DNA of 64,000 nt from Oscillospiraceae bacterium (GCA_015063605.1 SVTV01000010.1:11300-75299), one strand, 5' to 3'; shown: positions 38,670 to 49,892, numbered from the stretch's first letter. Translations and numbers: made by a program. The notes: generated from the letters alone by a model not told the origin.

Positions 38670-39563
38670 TCATTCATATGTTAGCTCTTTTTCATGACAT
38701 TTAAAAAAGTCAAAATAAATCCTGACATTTTCAAGCTCCGTCCATTTTTTGCTTCTCACGGGCACAATGTCCAGATCATATATTTTTGCATCCTTCATAG
38801 AAAGAAGAAAGGGAGAATGCGTAGAAATAATAAACTGACAGTTATAGAATCTGACGGAATCCTCAATAAATTGCATCAATTCCAATTGAAGCTTGGGCGA
38901 AAGACTGTTCTCCGGCTCATCAAGGAGATATAATGCATTCTCTTCTATACGCCGTGTAAAGTAAAGAAAAGCACTTTCGCCGTTGGACATTCCTGAAAGT
39001 TCTTTCCGCATCAAGCGGCGTGAGGTAAATTCCGACTTGGTCTTTATTTTGGAATCAAGCTGCTCCTTAAAGCTGTCATATTCCTTAAGAGACGACAGCT
39101 TTATCATCGGCTCTTCTCTCGAATTGTAATATGCTTCAAACAGCTCTTCTCTTCTGCCGGCAATTCCGTCATTTACGGAACGCAGATCAAGAAGATGATC
39201 GAAAATATCGTCACTTGTTATTATCCTGCTTCCCGCAGGAGCACCGCCGATATGGGCGAAGTCACAACGGCACAATTCAATATACGATCTCATAAACGGC
39301 GTATTGTTGAAGGGAGACGCTCTTTTAACGCCAAGCTTCTCAGCTATCACATTGAGGAGAGTTGATTTTCCCGAGCCGTTACTGCCGTAAAAAACGGTTA
39401 TACCCTCAAAGTCTATCCTTTCAAGCTTCTTCTGAGGAAAAAGCTTGAAGGGATAAACATTATCGTGGTCATAGCACTGCATTTCAAGCTGATAAGGAAA
39501 AGACAGGATGAAATGCTCCTCGGAAGATTTTGAAGGAAGTGTAAAGGATCCTATATACTTCAT
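38670..39563 (-). CDS. ABC-type AAA ATPase, stand-alone (predicted ATPase)
   Basis: GSNGSGKST, SNGES, LLDEPENSLS, ISTHSP. Confidence 0.85.
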   Translation of the reverse strand: MKYIGSFTLPSKSSEEHFILSFPYQLEMQCYDHDNVYPFKLFPQKKLERIDFEGITVFYGSNGSGKSTLLNVIAEKLGVKRASPFNNTPFMRSYIELCRCDFAHIGGAPAGSRIITSDDIFDHLLDLRSVNDGIAGRREELFEAYYNSREEPMIKLSSLKEYDSFKEQLDSKIKTKSEFTSRRLMRKELSGMSNGESAFLYFTRRIEENALYLLDEPENSLSPKLQLELMQFIEDSVRFYNCQFIISTHSPFLLSMKDAKIYDLDIVPVRSKKWTELENVRIYFDFFKCHEKELTYE

Positions 39564-42500
39564 TGAGCGAACTCTCCTTGCGCTCTGAAATAATCCACGA
39601 CGCCTTCAGCCGTAGCGGAAGCACATCTTTCGGCATAATCCGACTGCTGCATTATTTCATATTCGTATGCACTGCACATAAATCCAAGTTCAAGAAGGGT
39701 CTGAGGGAATTTGTAGTTTCTGCACATGGCAAGCTTCTGATAAGATGGTGTTCTCTCGTATATCTTTAATTCGTCGGTTACGCTGTCGGAGATCACTTCC
39801 GTAAGAAGCTTTCCGTTTCCGTTGCAGTAAAGTCCCACATAACCTCTTACTCTTGCGGGATTTGTATCGTCCTCAATGGAATTGTGATGAACGGAAATAC
39901 AAAGATCAGGCAATATTTCATTAAGAAAATCCATTCTGTAATCAAGGCTGTAGAATGTATCGTCTGTTCTTGTCATTATTACCTCTGCGCCGAGAGCCTC
40001 GAGAGATTTTTTAAGCTCATGAGAAACAAGCAGATTCATATCTGCTTCATTCATGGCACGCTCGCCGCTCAAAAAGCCTCCGGCACCGCCATCGGAACCT
40101 CCGTGACCTGCATCAACGATTATTCTCTTGCCGGAAAGAGGCAATTCCTTTTCAATATACTTTTCGGGGCTCTTAAAGTCAAATACTATCGTACCCTTGG
40201 CGTAATACGTCTTAAAGCCGTAGTAATTATTGACATCCTTAAGAGTAAGCGTATATACAGTAGCCTTTTTATCCTTGTCGTAGGAACGTATGACCTTATC
40301 AAAAAGAGGATTGGACACACATGTCATCTCCTGGATATATTCCGAAGATGTATTGAAAAGTATAATTTTAATATCTTTACCCGACATTTTAACATCAAGA
40401 GGAACATTTTCCGTCACGGCAAAGCGAAGCTGAACATTTTTGTCCTTATTCTCCATTTTCGCCGCAAGAAGCTTATTCGTCAAAAGAGAACCGTTTTCGA
40501 CAAGTCTGACATCACTTTCGGCTATGTATCCGCCAAAACGAAGCTTATAATATCCTCTGTCAAGCCCTATAATATAATCTCTCATCCCTTCGGATGCATT
40601 GAGATAATCATCATAAAATGAGCTGGTGGGAGATATCTTCAAATATGCGTAATCCTTTGTCACTTCAATGTACGGAGTACAACCGTTGGGTATCACGGTA
40701 ATTTCAGAGCTGTACGCCTTCTTGGTTTCGCCTTCAAAGGTCACGGTGAACTCTACCTTACCGAGTTTTTTGAGAGCATTTCCGTCATAGGAAGGAACTG
40801 TCAGAACCCCCGAGTAATTTTCCTTTACATACTTTGATGTTTTTTTCGGATTTATTGTGGGAGAAAGCTTACACTGTACACCCGCAAGAGATGCGGTAAC
40901 GGTACTTCCCGCAGGTGCTGAAAGAAGTACGTTTATCTTATCACCCGGGCGCACATAATGATCCGAATAAGGGAAGATTCCCGATATTGTGAATCCGTCC
41001 AACACGGAAGCACCCGATGATGCGGACACCTTGCGGTTAACCGTATGCTTCAGAACATTACCGTTTGAAGTAAGCTCAAGGACATTTTCCCCTTCTTCAA
41101 GCTCCATATGAAGGGAGAAATAACCGCTTTTCGTTCTTGAAAGCTTTGCACCCTTATAGTAAACGGGATATGCGGGGTCCGAGGAGCCCAGAACATACAA
41201 AGCATCATATGAAGTACTCAAGCCGTTTGCGGGCTTATTTACAGCCACACCCTCTCCCGTAGATACAGGAGCGGGAGTATATGTTTTTTCGGAATAAAGC
41301 TCTTTGAGAGCATCAAAGATTCCTTTGGTGTTGTTTTTTATCTGCTCATAGCCGTAAAAAACGCTTCCCGTATAACCCATCCATGAGCGTGCATACGTTA
41401 CCTGCTGAACAAATTCCTTTGCGCCGAGAGAAAACTCCTCCACTCTGTACGCACCGTGTCCGATGCGAAGCTCTATCGGTTCTCCGTATGTATTCTTCAT
41501 ACCATCGACTGCCGCACTCCACCATCTGACGAGAACATCGAAGGGAGCTGCAGATGTGGTAAAGCTCCAATATATCTGAGGGCATATGTAATCAACATAA
41601 CCGCCTCTGAGCCAAGCTATCGGATCGCAATATATATCATAATAGCTTTCGAGACCGTTTGTGGCGCTTCCCGATGAATTGTGAGATTCGTTTGCCCATA
41701 TACCGAAGGGACTTACACCGAAATCGGCTTCTCTTTTTACCGATTTTATTCCTTCATAGATACCTTTTACAAGCTTATTTACATTTTCCCTTCTGAAATC
41801 ATCCAATGACTGACCGTCGGAAGCATACTTTTTATATGACTCACCGTCCTCGAAGGAGATATTGACCGTCTTTCCGTCCACGGTCTTCGACTCGGGATAG
41901 GGGTAGAAATAATCGTCGATATGTATTCCGTCCACATCGTAATTTTCCACTATCTCCTTTACTCCGTCGATCACATACTGTCTCACCTCGGGAATTGCAG
42001 GATCAAAATAAAGCTTGCCGGCATATTCTATGACCCATTCGGGATGCTTTCTTGCTATATGATCTGAAGCTAACATTTCAAGAGCATCATTTTTATTATC
42101 CTTTGCCGAATATGTAACGCGGTAAGGATTTATCCATGCGCTGACATTTATTCCCTCTTTATGAGCCTCATCCACTATAAACTTGAGAGGGTCGAAGCCG
42201 TCCTGCAGCCTGCCGTCCGTAGACAGGTACGATGAGACGGGAAAAAGCTTGGAATCATAAAGAGCATCGGCGCAGGGACGCGCCTGAAAATAGATCGTAT
42301 TGAATCCCGCTTCCTTTACAGTTTTGACAATGTCGAGAAGTTCTTTTTTCAATTCTTCGGCACTCAAGCCGCTTTTTGAAGGAAAATTGATATTAGCGAC
42401 CGTGGCTATCCATACGCCTCTCACTTCCGTATCCTCCTCCAAGCCATCATATTTTATATTTTCATTTGCAATATCATTATTATTCTCGGGATCATCGAGG

Positions 42501-42673
42501 GTATTTTTTTCTTCCGTTCCCGCGGCGTGGGAAGGATTTGCATTTCCCGCACTTGATATAAAAAAGCACAATGCGCCTATAAAGATCATCGTGACCGCTA
42601 TAAGGGATATAAGTGCCGCAGTATACGACATATTATTCTTTCTTTTTCTCACCTTGAATCCGTTTTCGTTCAT
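39560..42673 (-). CDS. Membrane-anchored GHL10 (DUF187-type) glycoside hydrolase fused to N-acetylmuramoyl-L-alanine amidase (Amidase_3)
   Basis: EVRGVWIATVANINFPS, DGIHIDDYFYP, FGVSPFGIW, DYICPQIYW; C-terminal IIVDAGHGG, E..MNL, SVHHNS, LLELGFM. Start uncertain (42673 or 42730). Confidence 0.88.
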   Translation of the reverse strand: MNENGFKVRKRKNNMSYTAALISLIAVTMIFIGALCFFISSAGNANPSHAAGTEEKNTLDDPENNNDIANENIKYDGLEEDTEVRGVWIATVANINFPSKSGLSAEELKKELLDIVKTVKEAGFNTIYFQARPCADALYDSKLFPVSSYLSTDGRLQDGFDPLKFIVDEAHKEGINVSAWINPYRVTYSAKDNKNDALEMLASDHIARKHPEWVIEYAGKLYFDPAIPEVRQYVIDGVKEIVENYDVDGIHIDDYFYPYPESKTVDGKTVNISFEDGESYKKYASDGQSLDDFRRENVNKLVKGIYEGIKSVKREADFGVSPFGIWANESHNSSGSATNGLESYYDIYCDPIAWLRGGYVDYICPQIYWSFTTSAAPFDVLVRWWSAAVDGMKNTYGEPIELRIGHGAYRVEEFSLGAKEFVQQVTYARSWMGYTGSVFYGYEQIKNNTKGIFDALKELYSEKTYTPAPVSTGEGVAVNKPANGLSTSYDALYVLGSSDPAYPVYYKGAKLSRTKSGYFSLHMELEEGENVLELTSNGNVLKHTVNRKVSASSGASVLDGFTISGIFPYSDHYVRPGDKINVLLSAPAGSTVTASLAGVQCKLSPTINPKKTSKYVKENYSGVLTVPSYDGNALKKLGKVEFTVTFEGETKKAYSSEITVIPNGCTPYIEVTKDYAYLKISPTSSFYDDYLNASEGMRDYIIGLDRGYYKLRFGGYIAESDVRLVENGSLLTNKLLAAKMENKDKNVQLRFAVTENVPLDVKMSGKDIKIILFNTSSEYIQEMTCVSNPLFDKVIRSYDKDKKATVYTLTLKDVNNYYGFKTYYAKGTIVFDFKSPEKYIEKELPLSGKRIIVDAGHGGSDGGAGGFLSGERAMNEADMNLLVSHELKKSLEALGAEVIMTRTDDTFYSLDYRMDFLNEILPDLCISVHHNSIEDDTNPARVRGYVGLYCNGNGKLLTEVISDSVTDELKIYERTPSYQKLAMCRNYKFPQTLLELGFMCSAYEYEIMQQSDYAERCASATAEGVVDYFRAQGEFAQ

Positions 42674-42952
42674 TTTGCGCCGCCTTTCTTTTGAAGGTCT
42701 TATGTTTATTGTCAATTCGTGCAACGACAACAGAAAAAATCATAAAGCCCAAACGTCCGATCCTGCACGAAGTTTTCATAGAAAACCTTTTATAATTAAA
42801 TCTTATGATACCATTATTATAATTATAACACATTCCACGGTATCAAGCAATAGAAATACAAACCAAATAGTAAAAAAATAACCAAAAAATGAGTCGAACC
42901 AATTATCTGATCCGACCCTGTTGAGCTTATTAATCTTTTTTGAGAAATGCTT

Positions 42953-43516
42953 TTAATAAATCGCCTCAAAGTAATAGAAATTATCTTCTATCTTTTCGGT
43001 GTAATATGTTATATCACTTGTCTTATATGAAAATCCGTTTTCACTTTCCTTAAGCTCTGCACCGTAGTCACCCAAAAACAAAGGCGAACCATCATTCGTG
43101 TAATAAACGCCGAAATAATACCTTCCGCTTCCGCCGCAGTTGAACTCGCAGACAGACAACTCCTCGGAATAGCTTGTAGCTATTGCATCAACGCCGCAAA
43201 TGGTGAAAAGATTGTTAAATGCGGAACTGCTTATAGATCTGTAAGCGGACACTCCCGCTTCATTCACATCCGCACTGTACACACCCACTATGTTCTCGTC
43301 CGTTTCGGAATCCTTTACCGGATACTTATCGGAGGTAGATATGTACATATCCTTTTCATAAGCCAGAGCCTCATCTACCGCACCGGCAAATATGTCTCTG
43401 TTGGCTTTGAAATTATCTATTATCTGCGCTCTGTCGGGCTGAAACTGCTCAAAGGTACAGCCGAAAAGCATGAACAAGCATAATACAGGTATCAATAGTT
43501 TTACGATTACTCTCAT
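42953..43516 (-). CDS. Hypothetical lipoprotein
   Basis: Lipobox LFGC; C-terminal YYTEKIEDNFYYFEA. Confidence 0.7.
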   Translation of the reverse strand: MRVIVKLLIPVLCLFMLFGCTFEQFQPDRAQIIDNFKANRDIFAGAVDEALAYEKDMYISTSDKYPVKDSETDENIVGVYSADVNEAGVSAYRSISSSAFNNLFTICGVDAIATSYSEELSVCEFNCGGSGRYYFGVYYTNDGSPLFLGDYGAELKESENGFSYKTSDITYYTEKIEDNFYYFEAIY

Positions 43517-43717
43517 GATATCAAAACTCTCTTATAACGTTTTTAATTTGCACCCGTTGTACCGCATTTATGCGGTACGTATCCGCAAAAAAACATATAT
43601 TGACAAATATTTTCTCGGTGACGCGGGCATAAAGCAACAAGCTTTGTTATTATATCATAGAAATCGCGTAATTTGAATACCAATTATTAAATTTTCATTA
43701 AATTTTCATGATAAACT

Positions 43718-46700
43718 TCACATTTTCTTAACATTTGCAGAAGGAACAAGTCTTATTGAAAACTCGATATGCTTTTCGTTGAAAGCATACTTTTCGAGAA
43801 GTGCGGGGCCGCAGGAATTACTTCCGATACCGTTCTGCTTATAATCCACGGAAACATATACATTTTCGTTTTCTCCGAGATCATATGCGTTGTGCGCCTC
43901 GGTAAGCTCCTTGGCGGAATAAGGAAGTATGTCAAATTCATATCCGTCGGAGGCTTTTTCGCCGCAGGGATATATTTCTATGCCCTTTCCGTAATACTCG
44001 GATACGGATGCGTATACCGTCTTATAGTGAGAACCGTTTTCCTGAGGTCTGATATAAGGCTCGTAATTATCTTCCGCAGTTGTCTCAAAATAAGAGAATC
44101 GGGAAGATATCCTCTTATCGGCATAGCTTTCATCGGGGCCGTAGCCGAGATATCCCGCCTTATCGAATTCCTTGTTAAGGGTAAGTGTCCATCCGAATTT
44201 GGGCAATGCGGGAAGCTTTTCGGCAATGTCAGCCGTTACGGTAATCACCGCCGAGCCGTCCTTATCGAAGAGAGTCTTTATCTCACCCTTTATTGCGGAG
44301 GGCCAGGAGGGTCTTGAAAGCTTATAGGAGGAGACGTAACAAATGTTCTTGTCCTCATCCTTTCTTTCCGTGCTCATTATCTCGGTGGAAAGGATATGCA
44401 GCTCATGCTCCTTCCATGACTTCTTGATATACATATCGTTATCGGTGGGCGCTCTCCATACATTGAGAGACATGGGGGCGGAAAGGATGCTTGTATCTCC
44501 GACTCTGATATCGCTTATGGTTCCCGTCTTTTTGCTGAATACGTATGTTATATCATCGTATTTGAGTATCTGATCGCAGGGGCTTTCGGAAACATTGTAC
44601 AATGCACTCTTCGAGGATGCATAAGTTCTCGGTACATCAGAAACCACGATCTGTGAAAATCCGATGTCGTAACCGAAATCACACCAGAGCGAAGCCTTGC
44701 CTGCCTTGAAGAATACGTTAACGGTGGTAGTTCCTTCAAGTGCGCTGTCAAAGCTGAAGTCAAGCGCATATTCCTTTGATTCTCTCGGAGCTATATCAAG
44801 CTTATTAACGGTGGTCTCGTAAAGGATCCTTCCGTCGTTTTCAACCGTTATATATGCGAAAATATCTTCCGCGGATTCAAAATATCTCTTATTGAAGATA
44901 ACGACGGAATTGTTTTCGGAATTGTAGGAGGCTTCAACGGGCTTATACACATTTTTCGCTTCCTTAAGACCTACGTGAACTCTTCTGTCGGGATAAACGA
45001 GACCGTCAACGCAGAAGTTTCCGTCATTGGGATAATCATTGAAGTCGCCGCCGTAATTGAATTTCGGTCTGTCGGAGGAATCGGGATATGTTGCAATGGA
45101 ATGATCGGTGAATTCCCAGAGGCATCCGCCCATGAATCGGTCGGTCTTTTCTATCATCTCCCAATAATCGGCAATATCACCGGGGCCGTTGCCCATGCAG
45201 TGAGAATACTCACACATGAAATAAGGCTTGTATTTGTACTCTTCCATATCGAGATATTCGTGTATTGCCGCAAAGGAAGGATACATGGTGCTTTCAATGG
45301 GAGAAAGAGACTGCTTATTGTTTTCCTTGGAGAAATGACGTCCGGAAGCGCCCTCGTAATGGATTATAAGGCTTGCATCCTTGGAAAGGATATAATCTCT
45401 CATGGAATAATGATTCTTACCGCATCCCGATTCGTTGCCGAGGGAGAACATAACGATACAAGACTGATTCTTGTCTCTTTCGTAAAGTCTTACGGCTCTG
45501 TCAATATAAGCCTCCGTCCAATCGTCGGACTCAGACAATGCACTTACGTTTCCTGCATAACCCATACCGTGTGTTTCAAGATCCGCTTCATCCACAAGAT
45601 AGATTCCGAGATATGCACACATCTCGCACATTCTGGGATCATTGGGATAATGGGATGTTCTCAGTGCGTTAACGTTATGTCTCTTCATTATGTAAAGGTC
45701 GCGGAGCATATCATCAGTAGATACGGCATAACCCTTGAAAGGATCTGAATCGTGGCGGTTAACACCGCGGAGCTTTATATTCTTTCCGTTGACATAGAAT
45801 ACGCCGTCCTTTATCTCAACACTCTTGAAGCCTATACGCTGTGCTATAGTTTCACCGCCGAAGGAAAGCGTCAGAGTATAGAGAACGGGTGCTTCGGCGC
45901 TCCATAATTTTATATCGGGAACCTTTGTTTCGGAATCCTTTTCAAAGCTCCACTCGCTTATTTTTCCGCCATTGGGATCGTAAAGCACGGCATCGACAGC
46001 ACCGTCGGAGGTTTTATCGACGGAAACGGAAAGAAGCCCATCGCCGTTATCACAGGGAACCGCCTTTACGGAGAAATCGTTTATGCGTGCCTTCTGTCTT
46101 TCAAGGATATATACTTCTCTGAAAATACCGTTAAGCCTGAACATGTCCTGGTCTTCAAGATAAGAGCCTGTATACCATTTGAATACGACAACCGTTATAT
46201 TGTTCGCACCGTAAGAGAGCACGTCGGAAATATCGAATACGCTTGTGGAATGACTTACCTCGCTGTATCCGCAGTATTTACCGTTTACATAGAGATAATA
46301 AGCACCGGCAACGCCCTCAAACACGATATGGTAATCTTTTTTTACATCCTTCTTTACCGTGATATTTCTCGAGTAAACACCAACGGGGTTCTTTTTGGGA
46401 ATGTAGGGAGGATCTGCAGGAAACGGATACTTTACATTGGTGTAATTCGGCATATCATCGGGATATTCGCAGCCTACCTGCCAGCAAGAGGGAACATTCA
46501 CCGTCTTTTGGAATTCAATTGCATCCGTACCCTTTTCTATTCCGTCGGGTACGGCATAAGAATCCTCAAAGTGGGAGAAGCTCCAGCTTCCGCAGAGAGA
46601 AATAAACTCCGAGCTTTTACTTCTTTCAAGGTATATACCGTCTGCCGCCTTCACGGGAATCGTGTCATCCGAAGCAAAGGGGATAAAATAAGCACATGGT

Positions 46701-46756
46701 GTCAATGTATTATCATGGATAATATCAAGCCGTTCGTGATAATCAAGTCTGAACAT
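43718..46756 (-). CDS. lacZ: GH2 beta-galactosidase (LacZ/EbgA-like)
   Basis: YTNVKYPF, SYLEDQDM, RGVNRHD, RTSHYP, SLGNESG, MCEYSHCMGNGPG, YIRPQENG, GSNSCGP. Confidence 0.93.
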   Translation of the reverse strand: MFRLDYHERLDIIHDNTLTPCAYFIPFASDDTIPVKAADGIYLERSKSSEFISLCGSWSFSHFEDSYAVPDGIEKGTDAIEFQKTVNVPSCWQVGCEYPDDMPNYTNVKYPFPADPPYIPKKNPVGVYSRNITVKKDVKKDYHIVFEGVAGAYYLYVNGKYCGYSEVSHSTSVFDISDVLSYGANNITVVVFKWYTGSYLEDQDMFRLNGIFREVYILERQKARINDFSVKAVPCDNGDGLLSVSVDKTSDGAVDAVLYDPNGGKISEWSFEKDSETKVPDIKLWSAEAPVLYTLTLSFGGETIAQRIGFKSVEIKDGVFYVNGKNIKLRGVNRHDSDPFKGYAVSTDDMLRDLYIMKRHNVNALRTSHYPNDPRMCEMCAYLGIYLVDEADLETHGMGYAGNVSALSESDDWTEAYIDRAVRLYERDKNQSCIVMFSLGNESGCGKNHYSMRDYILSKDASLIIHYEGASGRHFSKENNKQSLSPIESTMYPSFAAIHEYLDMEEYKYKPYFMCEYSHCMGNGPGDIADYWEMIEKTDRFMGGCLWEFTDHSIATYPDSSDRPKFNYGGDFNDYPNDGNFCVDGLVYPDRRVHVGLKEAKNVYKPVEASYNSENNSVVIFNKRYFESAEDIFAYITVENDGRILYETTVNKLDIAPRESKEYALDFSFDSALEGTTTVNVFFKAGKASLWCDFGYDIGFSQIVVSDVPRTYASSKSALYNVSESPCDQILKYDDITYVFSKKTGTISDIRVGDTSILSAPMSLNVWRAPTDNDMYIKKSWKEHELHILSTEIMSTERKDEDKNICYVSSYKLSRPSWPSAIKGEIKTLFDKDGSAVITVTADIAEKLPALPKFGWTLTLNKEFDKAGYLGYGPDESYADKRISSRFSYFETTAEDNYEPYIRPQENGSHYKTVYASVSEYYGKGIEIYPCGEKASDGYEFDILPYSAKELTEAHNAYDLGENENVYVSVDYKQNGIGSNSCGPALLEKYAFNEKHIEFSIRLVPSANVKKM

Positions 46757-47066
46757 ATCAAAGATCCTTTCATACTCTTACATAATCGTCATCAATAATT
46801 TCAAAATCACACTGCTGCGGCAGAACAAAAAATGCCGCATGATCGCAAAACAGCTGCGGTTTTGGGACTCAGCTTATCCATTATACCATAAAGGAACGTT
46901 CTCTTTCAATAGGCTTTTGCAAAATAATCAAAGAATAAAAATACTTTTGTATTAAATACTTGCTTTTTTCTCGTTATTGGTATATAATGTAGGATGAGTA
47001 TTTTCTTTTATTTTTGCTTCATATCAAAGCATGAGCTTTCACCGAAAACGAAGGAGAGTGATCTGT

Positions 47067-48431
47067 ATCAAGATAGTAATAGTTGGAGAAGGAAAGATAG
47101 GAGCGGCGCTCGCATTACAGCTTTCTCAGGAAAATCATGACGTAACAATTATAGATAACGATCCGGATGTAGTGGAACACGCCGTAGATACTCTTGATAT
47201 TCTCGGTATTGTCGGCAACGGTGCAAGCTACAATGTGCAAGCGGAAGCGGGAGTATCAAAAGCCGATCTTTTCATTGCGGCAACGAGCTCCGATGAATTG
47301 AACATACTTTCCTGCCTTGTGGCAAAGAAGATAGGTGCGTGTCATACCATCGCAAGAGTCAGAAATCCCGATTATTCGAATCAGCTTTCGTTTTTGAAGC
47401 GTGAATTGGGTCTATCCATGATTGTAAACCCCGAATACGAATCTGCTGTGGAAATGTTCCGCATACTGCGTTTCCCTTCCGCAATAAAGCTGGATGTTTT
47501 TGCCAAGGGCAAGGTGGAAATGGCAGAGATTTCCGTACCGCAGAAGAATATTCTTGACGGTTTGCAGATCAAATCACTTCCATCATCATTCAAGACGAGA
47601 GTCCTTATCTGTGCCGTAAGCCGCGGAGAAGAGTTGTTTATTCCCGACGGTAACTTTACACTGAGAAGCGGCGACAAGATACATATAACTGCATCCCACA
47701 ATGCCATAACCGATTTTCTCAAGGAGACCGGCATTTACAAGGAAGGTCTGAAGTCGGTAATTATAGTCGGCGGAGGCAAGGTCGGATTTTATCTTGCACA
47801 GCTTCTTTCCGAAACTAACATAAAGATAAAGATAATAGAATCCGACGAAAAAAAGTGTATAGAATTAAGCGAGGCTCTGCCCAAGTGCACCATTGTTTGC
47901 GGTGACGGTACGGATCAAACCGTGCTTCGCGAAGAAGGCATTGACGGATGCGACGCACTTATTTCTCTTACGGGAATAGATGAAGAGAATATCATTCTTT
48001 CGATGTATGCGTCCCGTGCAAACGTAAAAAAGACAATAGCCAAAATAAACAATACGAGCCTTCTGGAAATGTTGGGCGCTATCGGTCTTGACAGCGTCAT
48101 TTCTCCCATTAAGATCACAACTGACAGAATAGTCCGTTACGTCAGAGCAATGCACAATTCCGAAGGAACTACGTTCAATACACTTTACAGGATAATCAAT
48201 GACAAAGCGGAGGCTCTGGAATTCACGGTATCGGAGGACGATTCTCTCCCCTTCTTAAATATTCCGTTGAAGGATCTTCATTTCATAAAAAATGTACTGA
48301 TCGCCTGTATAATCAAAAACGGCAGGATCATCTATCCCGGCGGTGACAATACCATCGAGGACGGAGATACTCTGATAATAGTTGCTCCAACCGATAAATA
48401 TATCAAAGAGCTTAACGATATATTCCAATAA
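47067..48431 (+). CDS. trkA: Trk potassium uptake regulatory subunit TrkA
   Basis: Two RCK-N domains (KIVIVGEGKIG, IIVGGGKVG), IARVRNPDY. Start ambiguous (47031 ATG, 47058 GTG or 47067 ATC). Confidence 0.93.
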   Translation: MKIVIVGEGKIGAALALQLSQENHDVTIIDNDPDVVEHAVDTLDILGIVGNGASYNVQAEAGVSKADLFIAATSSDELNILSCLVAKKIGACHTIARVRNPDYSNQLSFLKRELGLSMIVNPEYESAVEMFRILRFPSAIKLDVFAKGKVEMAEISVPQKNILDGLQIKSLPSSFKTRVLICAVSRGEELFIPDGNFTLRSGDKIHITASHNAITDFLKETGIYKEGLKSVIIVGGGKVGFYLAQLLSETNIKIKIIESDEKKCIELSEALPKCTIVCGDGTDQTVLREEGIDGCDALISLTGIDEENIILSMYASRANVKKTIAKINNTSLLEMLGAIGLDSVISPIKITTDRIVRYVRAMHNSEGTTFNTLYRIINDKAEALEFTVSEDDSLPFLNIPLKDLHFIKNVLIACIIKNGRIIYPGGDNTIEDGDTLIIVAPTDKYIKELNDIFQ

Positions 48432-48446
48432 CCGGGAGGTAATGAT

Positions 48447-49892
48447 TTGAATCTGAGTAATATATCCAACATCATCGGCAGAGTACTTCTTGTATGCGCC
48501 ATTCTGATGCTGCCGTGTGTCATTGTCGCCCTGATATACAAGGAAGACGCTCTTATCTCTTTTCTCATACCGATCTCCTTGATGGTCATCACCGGCCTTA
48601 TGCTTATAAAGATATCAAAGCCCGACAGCAGATTTTTCTTCGCCAAGGACGGTCTTATAGCGGTGGCTCTCTCATGGATAGTGCTGAGTATATTCGGTGC
48701 ACTTCCCCTTTATATATCGGGGACGACCGCTTCATATGTAGATGCTCTTTTTGAGACCGTATCCGGGTTCACCACAACGGGTGCCACCATATACACCAAT
48801 GTGGAGATACTTCCGAAATCCATACTTTTCTGGAGAAGCTTTACTCATTGGATAGGCGGAATGGGAGTCCTCGTATTCTTGCTTGCGGTTTTGCCGAAAA
48901 CGGAAATGAGTATGATGCATATTCTAAAAGCGGAATCACCGGGACCGAAGGTGGGAAAGCTTGTCTCAAAAACACGTTCTTCAGCACGAATCCTTTACGG
49001 AATATATATGACCATGACGGTTATTCTTATAGTTCTTTTGCTGCTGGGCGGCATGCCTCTTTTCGATTCCGTGGTAAATGCATTTGCTACCGCAGGTACA
49101 GGCGGCTTCGGAATATTGAACACAAGTATTGCAGGGTATAACAGCTTGTACTGTGAGATAGTGATAGGAGTATTCATGCTGCTTTTCGGTATAAATTTCA
49201 ACCTGTTTTATCTTGTCATTATCGGTCAATTCGGAAGAGCTTTGAAAAGCGAGGAGCTTCGCACATATCTTGCCATAATAATTTCAGCAATATTGCTTAT
49301 TGCATGGGATATTTCAAGTATATACGAAAGCTTCGGTGAATCACTGAGATACAGCTTTTTCCAGGTATCATCGATTATAACTACAACGGGCTTCGCTACT
49401 GCGGATTTTAATCTGTGGCCGTCATTCTCGAAAATCATTCTTCTCTTACTCATGTTTATCGGAAGCTGCGCCGGTTCCACAGGAGGCGGAATAAAGATTG
49501 CAAGAATAGTGATAATCGCAAAGAACGTAAAAAACACCTTGAAGAAGGTAATTTCACCCCGTGCCGTAACATCTGTATCTCTTGACAGTGAAATTGTTGA
49601 TGAAAAAACAGTAAAAACAGTCAGCACCTATCTTTGTGCATATGTATTTATCATATGTGTTTCCACTTTGGCACTGTCTTTGGATAGATACAACGGTGTA
49701 ACTTCATTCAGTGCCGTTATGGCTTGTTTCAATAATATAGGTCCGGGCTTAAATGAAGTTGGACCCGTTGGAAATTTTTCCGGATTTTCTCCCTTTTCGA
49801 AAATAGTACTCATATTTGATATGCTTTTCGGAAGACTTGAAATATTCCCCATGATGACACTTTTCTCATTGTCGGCATGGAAGAAAAACTAA
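48447..49892 (+). CDS. trkH: Trk potassium uptake membrane subunit TrkH
   Basis: FETVSGFTTTG, WIGGMG, TAGTGGF, GSTGGGIK, NNIGPG, GRLE. Confidence 0.95.
   Translation: MNLSNISNIIGRVLLVCAILMLPCVIVALIYKEDALISFLIPISLMVITGLMLIKISKPDSRFFFAKDGLIAVALSWIVLSIFGALPLYISGTTASYVDALFETVSGFTTTGATIYTNVEILPKSILFWRSFTHWIGGMGVLVFLLAVLPKTEMSMMHILKAESPGPKVGKLVSKTRSSARILYGIYMTMTVILIVLLLLGGMPLFDSVVNAFATAGTGGFGILNTSIAGYNSLYCEIVIGVFMLLFGINFNLFYLVIIGQFGRALKSEELRTYLAIIISAILLIAWDISSIYESFGESLRYSFFQVSSIITTTGFATADFNLWPSFSKIILLLLMFIGSCAGSTGGGIKIARIVIIAKNVKNTLKKVISPRAVTSVSLDSEIVDEKTVKTVSTYLCAYVFIICVSTLALSLDRYNGVTSFSAVMACFNNIGPGLNEVGPVGNFSGFSPFSKIVLIFDMLFGRLEIFPMMTLFSLSAWKKN

Noticed and set aside
46760-47030. c-di-AMP or other riboswitch between lacZ and trkA
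   Set aside because: Only divergent sigma-A-like promoters and short hairpins; no recognisable aptamer consensus, and the trkA leader is short.
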